Positions 19,159 through 28,882 of a stretch of 64,000 bases of DNA are shown piece after piece. How positions within the stretch are numbered: the first letter of the stretch is position 1; each line of letters begins with the position of its first letter. A model generated the notes under the pieces. That model worked only from the letters and a program-made list of their open reading frames with translations, was not told the origin of the DNA and did not search any database. This DNA comes from an uncultured cyanobacterium. Its GTDB lineage: Bacteria > Cyanobacteriota > Cyanobacteriia > Phormidesmidales > Phormidesmidaceae. The stretch is taken from positions 512,001 to 576,000 of the forward strand of contig CAWBZI010000002.1 of the NCBI GenBank assembly GCA_963793265.1, in the 5' to 3' direction. The position numbers and the translations under genes are program-made.

Positions 19159-20085
19159 ATGCATGTTCTTTTAGAAGCAAGAGATTTAGCCTGTGGATAT
19201 CAGGGTCAATCCATATTCAACGGGCTAAACTTCAAGCTTCACCAAGGCCAGTTTTCTGGCCTTGTCGGCCCCTCTGGCTCGGGCAAAACAACACTTCTTA
19301 AATCTTTATTAGGAATTGTTCAACCCAGACAAGGCCAGGTTTATTACCAAGGGCAACCCGCTTTTAATGGCAAAGGTAAAAGCACAAAGCGAATTTTGCC
19401 TAAAGTCGGCTACGTGCCGCAGGTAGAAACTGTAGATTGGAGCTTTCCAGTAACAGCAGCAGAAGTGGTCATGATGGGCCGCTATCGTCGGCGCGCACCT
19501 TTCAAAGCGGCCTGGCCCTGGCCTTCCAAACAAGATCGAGAAATTGCCGGGCAGCTTCTTGCCCGAGTAGGTGCCGCTGACGTGAGCGATCGCGCCATTG
19601 GCGAACTTTCTGGCGGACAGCAGCAGCGAGTGTTTTTAGCAAGAGCCTTAGTGGGCAACCCTGATTTGGTTTTGCTCGATGAGCCCACAAGCAGCGCTGA
19701 TATTCAAACGCAGCACGAGCTACTGCATCTATTGTGGGATCTTAACGATCAAGGCGTGAGTATCTTACTCTCTACTCATGACCTCAACTCTGTTGCAACG
19801 CATCTGCCCTGGGTGGTTTGTTTTAACCACGGCATTATTGCCGAAGGAAAGCCACTAGACGTATTAACCTCTGATACATTGAGCCGCACTTTTGGCGGTG
19901 ATATGGTGGTACAGCAACAGGGCGATCAGGTACTTATTGCCAGCCGTGCAACAACCGTCAGTCATCCTGTGCAGCGCCCGCGCCCGGCTCTACTCAGAGA
20001 CGGCAATGTGGATCTTAAAAACTCCTGCAACGATCACTCACATTCTTTAGTAGAACAAACTATTCCTAGCAATCAAACGCTATAA
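19159..20085 (+). CDS. Metal ABC transporter ATP-binding protein
   Basis: GPSGSGKT, GYVPQ, LSGGQQQR, LLDEP, STHD. Confidence 0.92.
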   Translation: MHVLLEARDLACGYQGQSIFNGLNFKLHQGQFSGLVGPSGSGKTTLLKSLLGIVQPRQGQVYYQGQPAFNGKGKSTKRILPKVGYVPQVETVDWSFPVTAAEVVMMGRYRRRAPFKAAWPWPSKQDREIAGQLLARVGAADVSDRAIGELSGGQQQRVFLARALVGNPDLVLLDEPTSSADIQTQHELLHLLWDLNDQGVSILLSTHDLNSVATHLPWVVCFNHGIIAEGKPLDVLTSDTLSRTFGGDMVVQQQGDQVLIASRATTVSHPVQRPRPALLRDGNVDLKNSCNDHSHSLVEQTIPSNQTL

Positions 20086-20097
20086 GGCACATTCGTA

Positions 20098-20937
20098 ATG
20101 GAGCTGTTGTTACGCCCCTTTCAGTATGATTTTTTCACAAGAGCGCTGTTGGTTTCAGCGATGGCCGGGCTGCTGTGTGGGGTAATGGGCGTGTATATTA
20201 CGACCCGTCGCATGAGCTATATTGCGCACGGCCTCTCTCATGCCATTTTAGGGGGAGCAGTGCTGAGCTACGTTATCGGCGTTAATTTCTACATTGGCTC
20301 TGGCCTGTGGGGGTTTGGCGCAGCGCTGTTAATTCAGTATCTAAGCACGCGCAAAATTCACGCGGACGCGGCCATTGGCATTGTGACTACAGCAAGCTTT
20401 GCCATGGGAATTGCGATTATCAGCAGCTACCGACAGTTTACACAGAGCTTTGAAGCTGCTTTGTTTGGCAACGTGCTGGGCATTGCGCCGATAGATGTTT
20501 GGGTAGTGATGATGGTTGCGATCGCCCTACTTGGCCTCATCACCGTGTTCTATCGCCCCCTGTTATTTTGGTGCTTTGATCGCGAAGTAGCCCAGGTTCA
20601 CGGGGTACCGGTAATGTCAATGGACGTATTGTTCGCGCTTATGCTAGCCGCGCTATTAGTGACAACCCTGCAGGTATTGGGCGTCACCATGGTGATTTCA
20701 GCAGTGGTGATTCCCGCTTCAATTGCGAGATTGTTGAGCGACAAATTCAGTCACATGATATTTATCTCAGCCGGGCTAGGTGCGTTTTTCTCACTGTTTG
20801 GTATTTATCTGAGCTACTACTTTGATATTGCCAGCGGGGCTAGCGTGGTATTGCTTTCAACGATTGGGTTTGCGATCGCCCTCACCTGGAATAGCTTCGT
20901 GCAAAAGCGACAGATCGCAAAAAGCCTAGAAGCCTAA
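20098..20937 (+). CDS. Metal ABC transporter permease (ZnuB/MntB family)
   Basis: 'HGLSHAILGG', 'DAAIGI', 'LFGNVL'; polytopic. Confidence 0.9.
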   Translation: MELLLRPFQYDFFTRALLVSAMAGLLCGVMGVYITTRRMSYIAHGLSHAILGGAVLSYVIGVNFYIGSGLWGFGAALLIQYLSTRKIHADAAIGIVTTASFAMGIAIISSYRQFTQSFEAALFGNVLGIAPIDVWVVMMVAIALLGLITVFYRPLLFWCFDREVAQVHGVPVMSMDVLFALMLAALLVTTLQVLGVTMVISAVVIPASIARLLSDKFSHMIFISAGLGAFFSLFGIYLSYYFDIASGASVVLLSTIGFAIALTWNSFVQKRQIAKSLEA

Positions 20938-20973
20938 AGACAGATATAGTCACCTTCAGATCGGCACATACAT

Positions 20974-21011
20974 AAAGGGGCTGCCAGACATCACATCCGG
21001 CAGCCCCTTTT
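20974..21011. terminator. Bidirectional terminator between convergent genes
   Basis: AAAGGGGCTGCC...GGCAGCCCCTTTT. Confidence 0.75.
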
Positions 21012-21031
21012 ATCGTCCTAACTCAGCTTCT

Positions 21032-22072
21032 TTAGAAGCCAGCGTCTTTAAATGATTGATAAGGCTTGTCAGGATGATACAGATGGCACTCAGTCGCAAT
21101 CGACTTCATCAGCGCCCAGTTAAACTTGCGCTCAACAATATGCTCGCCCCAGTTCTCCTTCAAATTCTGGTGAGCCTTGCGCAGATTATACGAAGGAATA
21201 CCCGTCGAAACGTGGTGTGGCACGTGCACATTGATGTCATGGCAAAGCACCTCAATCCAGCGAGGATAGCTACAGTGAACGGTGCCCGCTAGCTGCGCGT
21301 CGCCTGCATTCCAAAGTTCTTCAGGTTGAAAAGAAATCTCAGGGATGGTGTGGTGCACAATGGTGAAAGTGCTCATCCAAAAGTGATAAACCATCCAGGG
21401 CATGAGCCAGAACTTAACGAAGCCCCAAAAGCCCGTAGTGGCAATCAATACAGGGAAGAAGACAGCGGCAAAACCGACGACAACAGCGATAGAGAGGATA
21501 GCTTTAGAGCGATCGCGCTGCTTAAAGTTCCGCAAGTCAAAGTGCAGCACGGCCCAGTGACCGATAGAGCCCACCCACCAAAAATAGCCGCGAATCACCT
21601 TGTACATCTTCTGCATCGCCGGGTGAGACTTTTCAAAATCCTCTGCATACCAGGGGTACCAGGCATTATCTACATCCATTTTGTTGGTGTGTAGATGGTG
21701 ATGATCGTGCAGAATGCGCCAGGGATGGAAAGGATAGATCAGCGGTAAAAAGGCAAGGTGGCCGACTAAATCGTTCACCCAGCGCCGTTTAGCAAAGGAG
21801 CGATGGCCCGCGTCGTGGCCGATTACAAAAAAGCCCGTGAGCGCTGTGCCTGTGAAGAACCAGGTGAAAGGGAGCAAAAAGGCAGGGAGGAAGATGATTG
21901 AAAGGTAGCCTGCGATCGCTGCTGAAACACTAATCGCTACGTGCTTCCAGGCTTTCGTAGCATCTTTCTCGAAGTAAGCTTTAGGCAAGCTCCTGATAAT
22001 TTCCTTGAGCTGCAAAGGAGCCGCACTTGGCTTAGGTTTAGCAGCAACAAACCGTTGTGTCGTAGCAGTCAA
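21032..22072 (-). CDS. desA: Delta-12 acyl-lipid desaturase
   Basis: His boxes HDAGH, HDHHH, HVPHH; '[29 protein letters not shown]'; TTG start. Confidence 0.85.
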   Translation of the reverse strand: MTATTQRFVAAKPKPSAAPLQLKEIIRSLPKAYFEKDATKAWKHVAISVSAAIAGYLSIIFLPAFLLPFTWFFTGTALTGFFVIGHDAGHRSFAKRRWVNDLVGHLAFLPLIYPFHPWRILHDHHHLHTNKMDVDNAWYPWYAEDFEKSHPAMQKMYKVIRGYFWWVGSIGHWAVLHFDLRNFKQRDRSKAILSIAVVVGFAAVFFPVLIATTGFWGFVKFWLMPWMVYHFWMSTFTIVHHTIPEISFQPEELWNAGDAQLAGTVHCSYPRWIEVLCHDINVHVPHHVSTGIPSYNLRKAHQNLKENWGEHIVERKFNWALMKSIATECHLYHPDKPYQSFKDAGF

Positions 22073-22376
22073 AAGTCAATACTCCCGTAAGAAATCGAAG
22101 GCAAGAATTCCGTTACAGACGTGCTCAATAACGGAACGCTTTATAAGTCTTTACATTTATACCACTTAGGGGGAGGCCAACAAAAAGCTTTATCACCCGA
22201 TCGCACCGAATTTCCGTGCTTTTTCTGAGAAGTGTCTGTACTACTTTGAGCATTTGTACTCACTGCATAGATGTTAAGCACCCAGCTCCGGTCTTTTGCA
22301 ATAGGATAAGGATCGCGCCTTGCCTTTGGCCGCTTTGATAATTTCGTTCGTTACTATCCCGCCTTCACCCGCTGCT

Positions 22377-24326
22377 ATGAGCCTGATCACCTTTCAATCT
22401 GTCAATAAAGACTTCGGCATCAAAGAAGTTCTCCGCGAAGGCTCTTTTAGCATTGAACCTGACGATAAGGTCGGCGTTATTGGCGTCAATGGCTCAGGCA
22501 AGTCTACGCTGCTCAAAATGATGGGCGGTATCGAACCGATTGACAGCGGTCAGCGCCTGACCAAATCGGGCGCAAGGCTGGTTTATTTACCGCAACAGCC
22601 TGATATTAATGAAGATTTGACGGTGCTCGATCAGGTGTTTGCAGACTGTGGCGAGCAGATGCAGCTCGTGCGCGAATATGAAGAACTCACGCATAAAATG
22701 TCTCATGCTACTGAGGGCAAAGCGTTAGATCAGATGATGAATCGCCTGGCAGTGGTGGGCGAAAAAATGGAGACTGAAGGCGCTTGGGATTTGGAGACGA
22801 GCGCAAAGATAATCTTAAGTAAGCTGGGGATTGAAGATTTTGAGGCGCGCGTAGGCGATCTTTCGGGGGGCTATCGGAAGCGAATTGCTCTGGCAACGGC
22901 GCTAATGAGCGATCCTGATTTGCTGCTGATGGATGAGCCGACAAACCACCTAGACGCTGAGTCGGTGGAGTGGCTGCAAACGTATTTGGGGCAGTTTCGC
23001 GGCGCGCTGGTGCTGATTACTCACGATCGCTACTTTCTCGATAATGTCACCAATCGCATTCTTGAAATTGACCGCGCCGATCTGTATCCGTATCAGGGCA
23101 ACTATGCCTATTACCTAGAGAAGAAAGCAGAACAGGAGGCTTCTTCGGCCAGCTCTCAACAGAAGTTTAAAGGAATGCTTCGCCGCGAGCTTGCCTGGCT
23201 GCGGCAGGGGCCAAAAGCACGGAGCACTAAGCAAAATGCGCGGATTGGTCGAATCGAGGAAATGAAGGACAAGTCCTTTAAAGAAGTGCAGGGCAAGGTC
23301 GAGATTGATACGCCAGGGCGGCGGATTGGGAAGAAGGTGATTGAGGTGAACAGCGTGAGTAAAGCCTATGACGGGCGGACGCTGATTAAAGACTTTACGT
23401 ATGAGTTTACCGCGAGCGATCGCATTGGCATTATCGGTGGCAACGGCGCAGGCAAATCTACACTCATGGACATTATCACTGGCCGAGTAGAGCCCGACAG
23501 CGGCACCGTTGAAATCGGTCAAACTATTCACATTGGCTACTTTAACCAGCACTCTGAGGAATTATTAGAAGCGCTCAACGAAAACATGCGAGTGATGGAC
23601 TACCTGAAAGAGGAAGGTGCCTTTGTTACCACCGCTGACGGCAGTCAGATTAGCGTCTCACAAATGTTGGAGCGATTCCTGTTCACCAGCAACCAGCAGT
23701 ACACGCCGATTCACAAGCTTTCTGGTGGGGAAAAACGCCGTCTCTTTCTTTTGCGTGTTTTGCTCAGCGCCCCCAACGTACTCATTCTCGACGAGCCAAC
23801 CAACGATCTTGATGTGCAAACGCTCACCGTACTAGAAGATTACTTAGAGAGCTTTAGCGGCTGTGTGATCACGGTTTCTCACGATCGCTATTTTCTAGAT
23901 CGAACGGTCAAGAATATCTTCGCACTAGAGCCGGGCGGCAATATTCGCCGCTATCCTGGCAGCTATTCTGTGTATCTGGAAACCAAAAAGAAAGAGGATT
24001 CTACAGAAAAGAAGGCAGAAAAAAAGGTTCAGCAGTCGAATAGTGCAGCTACCGGACAAAAACAGACGCAAAAGGTAGCTTCTAAACCGGTAGGCGGTTC
24101 TCAAACCAAGAAAGTTTCTAATAAGGAGAAAAGAGAGTACGAAGCTTTGGAGAGTAAGATTCCTAAGCTAGAGGCGAAGAAGGCGAAATTAGAGAAGCTG
24201 CTATATCCGACGCCACCGGATGATTATGAGGAACTGCAAAAGCTGTCTGAGGAGATTGCTGCGATCGCTCAAGAAATCGACACGGCCACTGAACGGTGGA
24301 TGGAGCTAGCCGAGCTGATAGCGTGA
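22377..24326 (+). CDS. ABC-F family ATPase (Uup-like)
   Basis: Two ABC cassettes (GVNGSGKS, GGNGAGKS), 'PKARSTK' linker, C-terminal coiled coil; ATG at 22377. Confidence 0.9.
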   Translation: MSLITFQSVNKDFGIKEVLREGSFSIEPDDKVGVIGVNGSGKSTLLKMMGGIEPIDSGQRLTKSGARLVYLPQQPDINEDLTVLDQVFADCGEQMQLVREYEELTHKMSHATEGKALDQMMNRLAVVGEKMETEGAWDLETSAKIILSKLGIEDFEARVGDLSGGYRKRIALATALMSDPDLLLMDEPTNHLDAESVEWLQTYLGQFRGALVLITHDRYFLDNVTNRILEIDRADLYPYQGNYAYYLEKKAEQEASSASSQQKFKGMLRRELAWLRQGPKARSTKQNARIGRIEEMKDKSFKEVQGKVEIDTPGRRIGKKVIEVNSVSKAYDGRTLIKDFTYEFTASDRIGIIGGNGAGKSTLMDIITGRVEPDSGTVEIGQTIHIGYFNQHSEELLEALNENMRVMDYLKEEGAFVTTADGSQISVSQMLERFLFTSNQQYTPIHKLSGGEKRRLFLLRVLLSAPNVLILDEPTNDLDVQTLTVLEDYLESFSGCVITVSHDRYFLDRTVKNIFALEPGGNIRRYPGSYSVYLETKKKEDSTEKKAEKKVQQSNSAATGQKQTQKVASKPVGGSQTKKVSNKEKREYEALESKIPKLEAKKAKLEKLLYPTPPDDYEELQKLSEEIAAIAQEIDTATERWMELAELIA

Positions 24327-24362
24327 TTGTTAGTTAATGGAAAAAAGCAAAGCCTCCTATCT

Positions 24363-24403
24363 AAAAGCCGCCTACCTATAGAAGCTCTAATAGGTAGGCG
24401 GCT
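24363..24403. terminator. Hairpin terminator between convergent genes
   Basis: 14-bp stem AGCCGCCTACCTAT/ATAGGTAGGCGGCT; U-tract on the minus strand. Confidence 0.7.
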
Positions 24404-24437
24404 GATGCTGCGGATTATTGTCTACAAGCGCTATCTT

Positions 24438-25001
24438 TTAGTTTGCAGTCAGGCGATACGCGCCGCGCTCACCTTTGTACCAGTCGCCGCTGCGAACGCC
24501 GCCAGATAGAATATTTGAAACTCGGTTACGAGCCTTCAAATACTGATTTTTCGGCATTTCATCACTAAACAAACTTGACATGACTTCTGCAATCTTGAAG
24601 TCTTTGTCGGGCTGTGTTGCTAAAATCAAGCGCACCGCTTCTGGCATCGGCTGATCGCCAACACCTTCGCGAGTGTACTTCTGCCAGCTTGCCGTACGAC
24701 CGTCTTTTTTAGCTTTAGTTGTCGTTTTCGCTTTCTTTTCAGCTTTTGGCTTTGTTGCAGCGGGCTTAGTTGCTTTTGCTTTAGCTGTTGATTTAGTAGC
24801 AGTCGCTTTAGCGGAAGTTTTAGCAGGGGCAGTAGGTGCAGATGCTTCTGATTCGGGTGAAGAACCATCGAACAAAGGGAGAACCGCGCGAACGGCTTTT
24901 AACTTTGCTTGTACCTCAGCAAGCTGTGCTTCTATTGAAGCTTCTTGCGCGGTAATGTCGGAGATGATCTCTTCTAGCTGGGGTAGTACGGTTGCTGTCA
25001 T
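24438..25001 (-). CDS. Hypothetical protein: N-terminal coiled coil, Lys/Ala/Thr-rich linker, C-terminal putative winged-helix
   Basis: Heptad pattern in residues ~8-41, 'AKTSAKATATKSTAKAKATK' linker, C-terminal helices plus 'WYKGERGAYRL' wing-like end. Confidence 0.65.
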   Translation of the reverse strand: MTATVLPQLEEIISDITAQEASIEAQLAEVQAKLKAVRAVLPLFDGSSPESEASAPTAPAKTSAKATATKSTAKAKATKPAATKPKAEKKAKTTTKAKKDGRTASWQKYTREGVGDQPMPEAVRLILATQPDKDFKIAEVMSSLFSDEMPKNQYLKARNRVSNILSGGVRSGDWYKGERGAYRLTAN

Positions 25002-25012
25002 GAAGAAAAAAC

Positions 25013-25035
25013 TTTCTTGTAACGGTTACAAGAAA
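25013..25035. promoter_or_regulatory. Perfect 11-1-11 palindrome, candidate operator
   Basis: TTTCTTGTAAC-G-GTTACAAGAAA, 12-34 nt upstream of the ATG at 25001. Confidence 0.5.
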
Positions 25036-25149
25036 TAATATTAGCGTACTCTTTCAACTTTAAAACAATTAAGTTGAATTATTTTCACTATTTTTCAGCA
25101 GTCTGCTAGAACCGCCTATCCAGCAGAAAAAGAATAAAGACATTTGCTG

Positions 25150-27375
25150 TTAGATTGCTAACAAAGCCTTAGCTCTATCGGTTAGCTTTTCAGCAGTTAG
25201 CCCGTTCAAAGCAAAAAGCTGACCTGCACTCGCCGTTGTTTCACCCCGTTTCCAAGCCATCACATCGCGCGGCGCTGAGCTACGCAGCATCAGAGGTTCT
25301 ACCATTGCACTAGAGCCACCCGTTACGCCAATTAGAGCATCGCCTGCAAAGAGTTCTTCAAACTCAGCATCGCTCAAGAAGCCGTCATCTGCCTGCGCGC
25401 AGCTCTCCCAAGCAACATCGCTGGGGCGATAAAGCCGCCTGGGGCTGACAATCGCAACAACTCTAGAGCCGATCCCCTGCTCGTTTAAGTCTCTGACTGC
25501 ATCTAAAACTGGAATCAGCATCATATCGCCAACGACACCGAATACAACGGTGCGATCGCCTGGCGTTGATTGCAGCTCAATGGCCCCTTTCTCCAAAGCT
25601 TCGCGCGTTTGATCAAAGGTAGTGCGAATAGGTAAAGGTGACTTGCTCGCCGTAATCGTGATTCCTTTATTTTTGGTTTTTAGCGCCCAGTCGTAGCAAA
25701 CTTGAATGCTATTGGCATCAATGGGAAACAGCGGAAAAATGTTGCCATTGCGCATCATCGCGGCAAAGTAGTTTTCAATCTCAGGACGTTGATGCGTCCA
25801 GCCGTTGCGACCCTGCTCTAGTGCCCCTGCGGTAAACAAACAAATGGTAGAAGGCGTCGGGCGACGTAGCTCTGTCATCGCCTGCGTGGTGGTTTGCCAT
25901 ATGGGTAGGCCGTTAATAGCAAACGATTCGTATGAGCACCACAGGCTACGAGCGCCCATCAAAGCTTGAGCAGCCGCTAGCCCAGCGCAGGCGTCTTCGC
26001 TAAGCGGCTCGTAAACCTGACCTTTTGGCCCCTGGAAGTAAGTGTCGTCCTGGGTAGGGTGAATGATCTTCAGCGCCTGGTTGATATTGTTGATACCCGA
26101 GGCGGCGTTACCGTCAGCGTTCGTGACGACAAAGTTAGGATCTTGCTTGCCCACATAAGCGACCAGCTCACCCATGGCCGTTGTCGCTACCTGCTTGTTG
26201 TCTGTACCTACCTCAAACTCATTAGTCGGCAAATCACCCAGTTCTGCTAGGGACAGCTCAGATTCGGTGACAGCCGTTTTCGCAGCAGGGCCACCGTGAG
26301 CCCGAACAAAGTTAGTTCGCACTAAGTTCCATTCTTCAGGAGAAAGCGCTAGAGACTTAAGGGCGGCGGTAATGTAGTCTTTCTCTAAGCTATCGCCAGG
26401 GTAGAGATTGTGAGACTGAGAGCCCCTTTTGTGTACGCCCGCCCCTTTCAATTGTTTAACGATTAAAACGGTTTGAGTGCCGCCAAGCGCAGACTTTGCC
26501 GCTTTATCGGTCGCTTCTAAAATTGCTTGCGTGAAGGCGGTGCGCTGTTTGCGTGAGAAAGCGGTGCTGTCTACATAAGGCCCGGACTGGTTAGCATCAT
26601 CGTAATCTTTGGCATCTACAAGAATAACGTTAGCAAAGCCGTTACCGCTCCAATAGGCAATCATCTGCTCATTGCTATAGGTGGAAACAATGCTGTGGTG
26701 TTCTTGAGAAAATCCGTTCCACACCAGAATAGGAAGATAATTAGTGACGGTGGGATAGATAGTGTTGAAGTGGGCGAGGCTGCTGGTGATGTAGGGTTCG
26801 CCTAAGCCGCCGTCGCCAATGGTAACCGGAAAAAGCTGATCGGGATGGAGCTTGGCAGCGGCCATGGCGAAATGTTGACCCTGACCAAGGGGGCCTGCTG
26901 GGCTAAGCAAACCGGGGATTTGGCCGGAGAGATGGCCCAAAAGACCGTGAGTTTCGCGAAAGCGATCGCCCAGTTCTTGCACCGTTTTAATATCCATCTC
27001 TTCTAGAGACGTGTCCATAAACACAGTGCTGTAAAAACCGGGGGCATGGTGACCCACCTCAGTGATGAGGTTTTTGTAGCCCAGCATAACTAAAGCGGCA
27101 ATCGTATCAGCGATGCTGGCAAAGCCGCCGGGGTGGCCGGACTGTTTGCTGGCGGTAGTGCGCAAGGTGAGATAGCGCAGGGCGTTGGCCGCGAGCATGG
27201 TTTGGTAGACGGCGGCGGGGTCTGTCGGGTCAGAAATAGCTTCTTGGTTAGAGGCGATCGCAGCCTCCTTTCCATGCGATTCAAACTCGGTGCTCGGCTC
27301 GTTAAAGTGCTGAATACCCTGGCAAAAAGCAGGCATTGAGGCAGAAATAGACGCTTTAGAGACGGCTGCGGTCAT
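25150..27375 (-). CDS. Phosphoketolase/transketolase-like ThDP enzyme
   Basis: 'SGHPGG', 'GHHAPGFY', 'GPLGQG', ThDP motif 'GDG...N', 'RNGWTHQ'. Confidence 0.8.
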   Translation of the reverse strand: MTAAVSKASISASMPAFCQGIQHFNEPSTEFESHGKEAAIASNQEAISDPTDPAAVYQTMLAANALRYLTLRTTASKQSGHPGGFASIADTIAALVMLGYKNLITEVGHHAPGFYSTVFMDTSLEEMDIKTVQELGDRFRETHGLLGHLSGQIPGLLSPAGPLGQGQHFAMAAAKLHPDQLFPVTIGDGGLGEPYITSSLAHFNTIYPTVTNYLPILVWNGFSQEHHSIVSTYSNEQMIAYWSGNGFANVILVDAKDYDDANQSGPYVDSTAFSRKQRTAFTQAILEATDKAAKSALGGTQTVLIVKQLKGAGVHKRGSQSHNLYPGDSLEKDYITAALKSLALSPEEWNLVRTNFVRAHGGPAAKTAVTESELSLAELGDLPTNEFEVGTDNKQVATTAMGELVAYVGKQDPNFVVTNADGNAASGINNINQALKIIHPTQDDTYFQGPKGQVYEPLSEDACAGLAAAQALMGARSLWCSYESFAINGLPIWQTTTQAMTELRRPTPSTICLFTAGALEQGRNGWTHQRPEIENYFAAMMRNGNIFPLFPIDANSIQVCYDWALKTKNKGITITASKSPLPIRTTFDQTREALEKGAIELQSTPGDRTVVFGVVGDMMLIPVLDAVRDLNEQGIGSRVVAIVSPRRLYRPSDVAWESCAQADDGFLSDAEFEELFAGDALIGVTGGSSAMVEPLMLRSSAPRDVMAWKRGETTASAGQLFALNGLTAEKLTDRAKALLAI

Positions 27376-27508
27376 TGAAAGATCCTCGGTGTAGCTGAAG
27401 TATTCAATTTAGCGTGACTGTTCACACTTAGCGCCGCGTTTTCTTTAGGTTGTATATTGATCTTAATGCTTGCATATTCGAACTTCCCTTATTCAAATCA
27501 ATAGCTGC

Positions 27509-28843
27509 GTGACTCACCTATCCAAATCGCATCGACTTTTTTCCAACCTGGAACAAAAAACGGAAGCTTCAGGCAATACCCTTCAACATCGTCCGGGCAG
27601 CCCTCTAAACAGTATTTCTTTAATTGCAGGCACAACTATCGGGGCCGGTATTCTGGCCCTTCCCGCCGCTACGCTACCGGCTGGCCTGCTGCCGTCTTCT
27701 CTGTTGATGATAGGCGTGTGTCTATACATGGCGGTATCTGGCCTGCTAATTGCTGAAGTGAATCTACAAACTATGCAGCAGCTAGGCCAGCCCTCTCTCG
27801 GATTTATGGGCACGGTGCGGCATCGGTTAGGGAAAGGAGGTGCGGCGATCGCAGCTATCCTCTACATATTCAACCACTACGCCCTTCTCGTAGCCTATAC
27901 CGCCCGTGGTGGCGACATTCTAGCCTTAGCCTTGGGTCATTTAGAAGTTAGCCTTCAGCTTGCCCCTGCAATGCCGCTGTGGTGGGGGCATGTTATCTTC
28001 GCGCTGCTGTTAGGACTTATCCTTTTATTGGGCAGCGAACAGTTTGTCGGCAGGCTTAACAGCGTTTTACTCGCGATCGTCATTGTTTCTTTTGGCGGTT
28101 TGCTAACGCTAACGCTCAGTCAGGTTCACGCTGAACAATGGCTGACTCAGCACTGGGACAAGGTTAGTGCGGCTGTGCCTGTGATGTTTGTGGCTTTTGT
28201 GTATCACAATGTAGTGCCTGTAATCACAACAGATTTGGAGGGCGATCGCACTAAAATCCGTCAGTCTATTTTCGTCGGCTCGTTAATTCCGCTATTAATG
28301 TTTCTAATTTGGAACGCAGTTGTTTTGGGCAGCGTTGAAGTTAGTGCATCAGCAGTCAGTGCATCAACCATAGAGGCCGCAGCAATCGTTGACCCACTAG
28401 AAATACTTCGTAAAGGCGCAAGTAATCCTAAGCTAGGCGTTTTCATTTCAGCGTTCTCTGAATTTGCGATTACAACCTCATTTATTGGATTTGTCTACGG
28501 CCTCCGCAACTTCTTTGAAGATGTCCTCACCTATCCAACCAGCCTTAAACTGCGGCGTTTCGTCATCTACGCGCTCGTACTCGTTCCACCTATCGCGCCC
28601 TCAGTTCTAAATCCCAACATCTTTTTTGAAGCGATGGACTCAGCCGGAGCCTTTGGGATTTCCGTTTTGTTTGGCATCATTCCAGCAGTCATGGCCTGGC
28701 GATCGCGCTATAGCGATGAGACTATAAAAGAAGAGGAGCGATCGCCCATGGTTTTCGGTGGTAAAGTAATGCTGGCTATTGTGATTGCGATCGCCTCGAC
28801 AGTCTTTATGCAACGTGCGTTGACAATGCTGAGCTTAATCTAA
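27509..28843 (+). CDS. Aromatic amino acid permease (TyrP/Mtr family)
   Basis: 'LIAGTTIGAGILALP', 'FVYHNVVP', 'AITTSFIG'; start uncertain (GTG at 27509). Confidence 0.88.
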   Translation: MTHLSKSHRLFSNLEQKTEASGNTLQHRPGSPLNSISLIAGTTIGAGILALPAATLPAGLLPSSLLMIGVCLYMAVSGLLIAEVNLQTMQQLGQPSLGFMGTVRHRLGKGGAAIAAILYIFNHYALLVAYTARGGDILALALGHLEVSLQLAPAMPLWWGHVIFALLLGLILLLGSEQFVGRLNSVLLAIVIVSFGGLLTLTLSQVHAEQWLTQHWDKVSAAVPVMFVAFVYHNVVPVITTDLEGDRTKIRQSIFVGSLIPLLMFLIWNAVVLGSVEVSASAVSASTIEAAAIVDPLEILRKGASNPKLGVFISAFSEFAITTSFIGFVYGLRNFFEDVLTYPTSLKLRRFVIYALVLVPPIAPSVLNPNIFFEAMDSAGAFGISVLFGIIPAVMAWRSRYSDETIKEEERSPMVFGGKVMLAIVIAIASTVFMQRALTMLSLI

Positions 28844-28878
28844 AAGGCCGGGCAACCTTTTCGAGATCGCCCGGCTTC
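28842..28878. terminator. Hairpin between convergent genes
   Basis: GCCGGGC...GCCCGGC stem with flanking A and T runs. Confidence 0.5.
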
Positions 28879-28882
28879 TCAC

